Below, piece by piece: positions 58,757-64,000 of a DNA stretch of 64,000 bases. The stretch covers positions 1,984,001 to 2,048,000 of the forward strand of contig CAVYRF010000001.1 of the NCBI GenBank assembly GCA_963770895.1, written 5' to 3'. Source of the DNA: an uncultured Acidobacteriota bacterium. Its GTDB lineage: Bacteria; Acidobacteriota; Thermoanaerobaculia; Multivoradales; UBA5704. Position numbers and translations under genes: made by a program. The notes under the pieces were generated by a model. The model had not been told where the DNA came from. It saw only the letters and a list, made by a program, of their open reading frames with translations, and did not search any database. Numbering within the stretch: the first letter of the stretch is position 1; each line of letters begins with the position of its first letter.

Positions 58757-59048
58757 GCCGCAGGCCGCAATATGTGCTGGGCTGCAGGTTAAGGCGTTCC
58801 AGGCGCCCACCCGATCTCCTTCGAATCTCTTGCCTCGCGCGCACCGCGGCCCCCGTGCGCTTCGCACCCCTGCCGATAGCGCCCGCTCCAGCCATCTGCC
58901 GCACCAGGGGAATTTGCCCACTCGACCGCGCACTCGCCAAACCCTGAGCCCGCGGTGCGCGCTCGGGCGACAGCCAGCCCTGCGGACATGAACCAGACCG
59001 GCTTGCTCCTCCTCGCGCTACCCCTGCCGCTGGCCCCCCGGCCAGAAC
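58757..59048 (+). repeat. Dispersed structured repeat, copy 4
   Basis: Collinear with copies 1 and 3. Confidence 0.92.
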
Positions 59049-59140
59049 TTGACCGCCGGCGCCGATCCGATTGCCGCCCGTCGCCGCGTGCGCGCGACGA
59101 CGGGCGGAATCACTCGGCCAACGGCGGCGGCGCCGGCGGC

Positions 59141-60961
59141 TTACTTTTTGGCGTCGGCCAGGATCACGTCGGTGGCTTTTTCCGAGATCATGTAGGTCGG
59201 CGTGACGATGAAGAAGCCGGGGATGCGGGGGAAGACCGAGGCGTCGACGATGCGCAGGTTTTGCGTGCCGATGACGCGGAAGTTGCTGTCGACGACGGCG
59301 TTGGGGTCGGTGGCGGCGCCCATGGGGTTGGTGCACGAGGCGTGGTGGCCCCAGGCGTTGTCCTTGACGAACTGCACGATCTGGTCGTGGGTCGCGACGG
59401 CCGGTCCGGGGACCGTCTCCTGCTGGATCGCGCCGTTGTGCCGCGAGATCTGGCGCACGAATTCGACGCCGTTGGCGACCGACTCGGCGTCGGTGCCCTG
59501 GGTGTCGTTGCCGTCGTCGAAGTAGCGGAAGTTGATGTCCGGCGGGTCCAGCGGGCTGGCCGAGCGCAGGCGGACGGAGCCGGCGGTGTTGTTGGTGTGG
59601 GCCTTGAGGATCGCCCAGGTGAGGAAGTTCTTGGTGCGCTCGACTTCCTGCGAATAGCCGGGGAAGTAGCCGTAGAACTTGCCGGGCAGGGCGAAGATGA
59701 ACAGGTCGGGATCGGGGCGCTCCGGCGCCGATTTCTTGATCACCCCCAGGACCGCGCCGCCGGTCGTGTAGACCCCCTTGCCGTTCTGCCAGTCCGTGTA
59801 GCAAGGGTCGCCCGGCTGGTTGGGGAGCGGCGGAGCGAAGGTCGCGCCGGCCAGCACCTTCCAGTCCTGCTTCATCTCGGTGACGACGCCGATTTCGTAG
59901 CGGTCCTGCAGGTTGCTGCCGACTCCCGGCCGGTCCAGCAGGCAGGCGATGCCGAACTGTTCGAGGTGCGCCCGCGGCCCGATGCCGGACAGCATCAGCA
60001 GCTGCGGCGAATTGAAGGCGCCGCCGGCGAGGATCACTTCCCGCGCGCAGTAGTACTGCACCACGTCGTAGTCGTTGCCGGCCTGCGGGTTGTCGACGGC
60101 CTGCGGGTCGGCTTTGTACAGGTGCTGGCCTTCCCAGCATTCGACGCCGATGGCACGCTTGTCGGCGTCGAAGAGGACCTTGGTCGCCAAGGTGCTCATC
60201 TTGATCACCAGGTTCTGCGGCAGGGCGGCACGCGTGCCGTCGATCAGCTCGCGCGTGCTTTCGCGGCGGCCGCTCAAGGTGGCGGACGGGGCGAAGCAGA
60301 TGCCCTCGAACTGCGGCGTGCGCCAGTCGTTGGGGTCCTGCGGCAGGAGCTGCGGCAGCGGCCCGCTCAGCCCCTCTTTCCACGCCCCCAGGATGGCGCC
60401 CAGGATGGTCTGGATCAGCGCCGGATCGCCGAACACCAGCGACAGCTCGGGGCCGGTGGTGTTCAGCCAGCCGTCCCAACCGTGGCGCGTCGGGTTGGGC
60501 TGGCCGGCGCCGGGATTGGCGACGTAGCCGCACCGTTCCAGGCGCTCGAAGTAGCCGCGCATCTTGTCGGACGACCACGACGCATCGCCGGTCAGCTGGG
60601 CGATGTGGTCCCAATCGCTGTTGTGACCATAGACGGTGATCATCGCGTTGTGCGACGTGCAGCCGCCCAGGGTGCCGGCGCGGGGATAGAAGATGCCGCC
60701 CTTGTCGGCGGCGTACTTGGAGTCGCGTTGCGGATTTTCGCCGTAATGTTTGACGAAGAACTCCCACGACATTTCCGGATCTTCGCTGGCGTAGGAGTTG
60801 AACACCGGCACCGGGTAGGAGGTGGTGTCGGGCTCCTGGCCGGCCTCGATCAGGCCGACCTTGTAGCCGGCCTTGGCCAGGTTGCAGGCCAGCGGCCCGC
60901 CCCCGGCGCCGGAGCCGACGATGATGTAGTCGAAATCTGGGTGTTGCGGATCGTTCGGCAT
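59141..60961 (-). CDS. GMC-family flavoprotein oxidoreductase
   Basis: DYIIVGSGAGGG, YPRAGTLGGCTSHNAMI, GGAFNSPQLLMLSGIGP, GSNLQDR, GHHASCT, NLRIVDASVFP. Confidence 0.95.
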   Translation of the reverse strand: MPNDPQHPDFDYIIVGSGAGGGPLACNLAKAGYKVGLIEAGQEPDTTSYPVPVFNSYASEDPEMSWEFFVKHYGENPQRDSKYAADKGGIFYPRAGTLGGCTSHNAMITVYGHNSDWDHIAQLTGDASWSSDKMRGYFERLERCGYVANPGAGQPNPTRHGWDGWLNTTGPELSLVFGDPALIQTILGAILGAWKEGLSGPLPQLLPQDPNDWRTPQFEGICFAPSATLSGRRESTRELIDGTRAALPQNLVIKMSTLATKVLFDADKRAIGVECWEGQHLYKADPQAVDNPQAGNDYDVVQYYCAREVILAGGAFNSPQLLMLSGIGPRAHLEQFGIACLLDRPGVGSNLQDRYEIGVVTEMKQDWKVLAGATFAPPLPNQPGDPCYTDWQNGKGVYTTGGAVLGVIKKSAPERPDPDLFIFALPGKFYGYFPGYSQEVERTKNFLTWAILKAHTNNTAGSVRLRSASPLDPPDINFRYFDDGNDTQGTDAESVANGVEFVRQISRHNGAIQQETVPGPAVATHDQIVQFVKDNAWGHHASCTNPMGAATDPNAVVDSNFRVIGTQNLRIVDASVFPRIPGFFIVTPTYMISEKATDVILADAKK

Positions 60962-60973
60962 GCCCACGTCCCC

Positions 60974-63133
60974 TTAAAAGGTTTTGATGAACTCGATGAG
61001 CGCGCGCTTGTCGCGGTCGGGCAGGGAGGTGGCGAAGTAGTGGCCTTCGTCCTCGATGAAGTCAGGGCATGAGTTGAGCGCATAGAAGTCGGGAACCAGC
61101 GACAGCAGCCGCTGCGTCGCCGCGTCGCCGGTCAGCCCCTGGTCCTTGACGTCCTTGAGCGCCTTGATCGTGCGGATCAGCAGGCGCGCCAGGCGTACCT
61201 TCTTGCCCAGGCCCTTGAGCTCCAGATTGGTGTTGGCGATCAGGTTGATCGGCGTCCCCTTGGGGATGGGGCCGATGTGGATGAACCCGTCGGCGCTGGC
61301 CGCACTGCTCAGCCACGGCGCGTACGACACCGGGATCTGCAGGCTGCTTTCCACCGTGGTGCGCCAGATCGATTCCTTGCCCAGGCGTTTTTCGGACCAG
61401 AACATCTTTTCGATCGCGTCGTTGAACGCCTCCATCCGCGAATCGACGTCCACCGCGTGCACGTGCTTGCCGAGCGCGTTGTTATGCAGGAACGGCGCGC
61501 TATACCAAACGTTGACCAGCGATGGCGGCCGGTAGTAACCGCGGCCGTCGCCCGGTACCTCCCACGGCCGATCCTGGCCGGTGAACGGGTCCCACACCCG
61601 GATCGAGCCGACCTTCGGCAGCGTCTTGTAGGTTTCCGAAGAGAAGTTGTCCCACACGTGATCGCGCAGGGCGTTGGCGGCGACGGCGCGGGTGGCGTTG
61701 GTCTTGACCTCGGTGACCGGTACGCGGATCTCGGCGCTCAAGAAGTTGCCGTCCAGGAAGTCGGGCTTCATCACCTCCTGCTCGAACCACTTCTGTCCTT
61801 CCGGCGAGTTGGGCTGCATCGGCGGCGGCGGCTGCTTGCTCGAATGGCAGCGCGCGCAGTTCTGCGCGAACATGACCTTGCCGCGGTTGAGCACCTGCGT
61901 GTCGGTGGTCAGGTACTTCTGGCCGCCGGGCGCGTCGGCAAGCTTGAGCGGCCGGGCGATGTCGACGAAGTACTGGGCCAGCGCCGGCGAGTGCTGCTCG
62001 CTCCAATTCCAGTGCGGCGACAGCTTTTGCGCGTCCTTGACCCGGATCGGCGACTGCTGCTTGATACCGACCAACGGATTGAAATGACGCAGCCACTCTT
62101 CCCAATATTCGCCGATGTTGAGGTAGACGCGGGAGAGCGCCGCGTCGAAGCCCACCGAGTCCGCGCCCTCCTTGAGCACGCGCGGCGTGAGCTGCGGATC
62201 GTGGACGCCGCGCAGGTCGAGCGCGCCGCCGGTGACATGCTCGTTGGCCGCCACCTGCAAGCGGCCGGCGACGTTGAAGATGCCGTTCATCGTGCCGGGA
62301 TTGTTCAAGTAGTCGGTGGCGATGAACGAGGTGTCGAGCGTCCCCGCCGGATTGCTGTGCAGCAGCTGCCAGACGAAGTTGTCTTCGGGCAGATTGTTGC
62401 CGAACACCTCCCACACCTTGAAGAAGTGCTGTCCCACGTAGTCGTTGAGGTTGGCGTATTCGGCCTCGTTGGGATCGGCGGGAGGGTTGACCGGGTCGGC
62501 GCCCAGGTGGCAGAAGGAGCAGGCCATGCCGACGACGTACGGGCGCACCAGCTTCTGGTCCGTGTAGTAGCGGGGATCGTTGTAGTACCGCGCCGGGTCC
62601 CAGCGGGCCTTGGCGGCGGCGTCGAAGTTGGGGTTGGGGAACAGGCGCAGCCCCATGATGCCGCTCGACTTGCCATAGGTGTAGGTGTCGATCTTGCTGT
62701 CCAGGTCGTACTTGGCTTCGCGCGGCACGTCGATGTAAAGACCGTAGGCATCGGGCTGCGCAGGCCGCACAAAGCCGGGCTGATTGAAGATGCCGTACTT
62801 TTGGAAGCGCTGGTCGCGCGGCGAATTGACGATCTTGAGCAGGTCGGCGGTGCCGAAACCGTGATTGGCCAGCCAGTCCCAGAACGAGCCGTTGTCGCCC
62901 GACCAGAGGTTCCAGATCACGCGGCCCTTGAGATCGTCGTCGCTCAGCTTGAGCGCGTGGCCCTGGGAGTCCATGCCGGGGAACGGATCGAAGCTGACCT
63001 CCTTGAAGTCGCTGTACTTCCAGCTTGGCGCCACCGGCTGCTGCGAGCAGCCCGCCAGCAACGCCAGCAGCGCGGCGAGCAGCAGCAGGATCACCAGCAG
63101 GTGGGGGAGGCGGGCACTGCGGCCTGTCTTCAT
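60974..63133 (-). CDS. Di-heme cytochrome c lipoprotein (RoxA/bCcP-like)
   Basis: Lipobox LLAGC; CSFCH and CARCH; YYRPPSLVNVWYSAPFLHNN motif. Confidence 0.8.
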   Translation of the reverse strand: MKTGRSARLPHLLVILLLLAALLALLAGCSQQPVAPSWKYSDFKEVSFDPFPGMDSQGHALKLSDDDLKGRVIWNLWSGDNGSFWDWLANHGFGTADLLKIVNSPRDQRFQKYGIFNQPGFVRPAQPDAYGLYIDVPREAKYDLDSKIDTYTYGKSSGIMGLRLFPNPNFDAAAKARWDPARYYNDPRYYTDQKLVRPYVVGMACSFCHLGADPVNPPADPNEAEYANLNDYVGQHFFKVWEVFGNNLPEDNFVWQLLHSNPAGTLDTSFIATDYLNNPGTMNGIFNVAGRLQVAANEHVTGGALDLRGVHDPQLTPRVLKEGADSVGFDAALSRVYLNIGEYWEEWLRHFNPLVGIKQQSPIRVKDAQKLSPHWNWSEQHSPALAQYFVDIARPLKLADAPGGQKYLTTDTQVLNRGKVMFAQNCARCHSSKQPPPPMQPNSPEGQKWFEQEVMKPDFLDGNFLSAEIRVPVTEVKTNATRAVAANALRDHVWDNFSSETYKTLPKVGSIRVWDPFTGQDRPWEVPGDGRGYYRPPSLVNVWYSAPFLHNNALGKHVHAVDVDSRMEAFNDAIEKMFWSEKRLGKESIWRTTVESSLQIPVSYAPWLSSAASADGFIHIGPIPKGTPINLIANTNLELKGLGKKVRLARLLIRTIKALKDVKDQGLTGDAATQRLLSLVPDFYALNSCPDFIEDEGHYFATSLPDRDKRALIEFIKTF

Positions 63134-63447
63134 CGTCATCCCTTTCGCAATCGCCGGCAGGGTCTGCCCGCCGGCCCCTGGACCGCAGGGTTGCGCCGCC
63201 CGCGACGGGCAGCCCAGGCCATCGCCACCCACACGGCGGCAGGCCTTCGCCAGCGGCGGCAAACGCCTCTGGCGGCCCCTGGGGACCTTGCTCTTAATCG
63301 CTCAATCGAATGTTAACTTGCGGCCTCGGCGACCGTCAAGACCCAACGTGAGCGCGCTCGCCAAACGTCACCGGCATGTTGCGCATACGTTGATATGTGT
63401 ATTCGTGTTGACGGTGCGGTGATGGATTCTCGCGGCCGCGCGGCAGG

Positions 63448-63480
63448 GCGGTGCGGCCACCTGGGCGGGGGCCGCACCGC
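63448..63480 (-). terminator. Stem-loop downstream of the CMD gene
   Basis: GCGGTGCGGCC-N11-GGCCGCACCGC; no U tract. Confidence 0.45.
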
Positions 63481-63490
63481 GGAACGGAGG

Positions 63491-63967
63491 TCACCGCGCG
63501 ACGGCGGCGGCGGGCTGGTAGGTGCCGGGCACGATGCGGGCGGCGATCGAAAGCCGATTCCAGGCATTGATCGCGGCCACGGCCAGCGTCAGGTCGGCCA
63601 GCTCCTTGTCGGTGAACGCCGGCTTCACCTGCTGGTACACCTCGTCGGCGGCGTGCCCCTGGGCGATCTGCGTCACCGCCTCGGTCCACGCCAGGGCGGC
63701 GCGTTCGCGCTCGCTGTAGTACGGGCATTCGCGCCAGGCGTCCAGCGAGTACAGCCGCTGCTCGCTTTCGCCGCGCGCCCGCAGGTCCTTCCAGTGCATG
63801 TCCAGGCAGTAGGCGCAGCCGTTGAGCTGCGAGGCGCGCAGCTGCGCCAGCATCACCAGCGACGGCTCCAGACCGCTGCTCTGCACGTAGCGGTCGAGGC
63901 TGTCCATGGCGTCGAAGACGCCGGGGGCGGCTTTGGCATAGTCGATACGAGCTTTCTGGGCGGGCAT
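63491..63967 (-). CDS. Carboxymuconolactone decarboxylase / AhpD-family protein
   Basis: LRASQLNGCAYCLDMH, ERERAALAWTEAVT, INAWNRLSI; RBS AAGGAG. Confidence 0.93.
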   Translation of the reverse strand: MPAQKARIDYAKAAPGVFDAMDSLDRYVQSSGLEPSLVMLAQLRASQLNGCAYCLDMHWKDLRARGESEQRLYSLDAWRECPYYSERERAALAWTEAVTQIAQGHAADEVYQQVKPAFTDKELADLTLAVAAINAWNRLSIAARIVPGTYQPAAAVAR

Positions 63968-64000
63968 GCGATCTCCTTCCGAAGGTGCGACGTTGGGCGC

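Noticed and set aside
43411-59048. Dispersed repeat as integron attC sites
   Set aside because: Too long, no RYYYAAC/GTTRRRY pair, modules are multi-gene and bidirectional, and there is no IntI

Overview
High-GC bacterial window; the gene repertoire suggests Acidobacteriota/Thermoanaerobaculia, which is an inference. 1-13 kb is a housekeeping run: TPR/SLH-like protein, CDP-alcohol phosphatidyltransferase, dnaE, CCA/poly(A)-type nucleotidyltransferase, rsmD, isochorismatase, a membrane protein and a six-repeat secreted protein. A 14-Cys secreted mini-protein is slotted into this run. 13-21 kb is an accessory, TA-rich zone: IS630, orphan antitoxins, collapsed toxins, a PIN-RHH TA pair, an unknown gene coupled to a NUDIX hydrolase, and a decayed helicase. 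23-43 kb holds a hidden 51-aa lanthipeptide-like precursor, divergent from a 16.3-kb NRPS (T-C-A-T-C-A-T-C-A-T-C-A[MT]-T-TE), followed by a secreted protein and an MMPL exporter. 43.4-59 kb is the most unusual part. Modules there are delimited by four direct copies of a ~250-280-bp structured repeat. They contain two paralogous families of secreted, probably beta-propeller proteins, Cys-rich secreted peptide genes, a four-gene DDE/ExeA transposon inserted into one repeat copy, and two XRE-HTH/TPR regulators. The regulators flank a secreted precursor with tandem C-x2-DP-x2-x-C cores, a candidate RRNPP-like peptide signalling system in a diderm. 59-64 kb: GMC oxidoreductase, di-heme lipoprotein and an AhpD/CMD protein. 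No rRNA, tRNA or CRISPR array was seen. Family assignments come from manual motif recognition; no searches were run.
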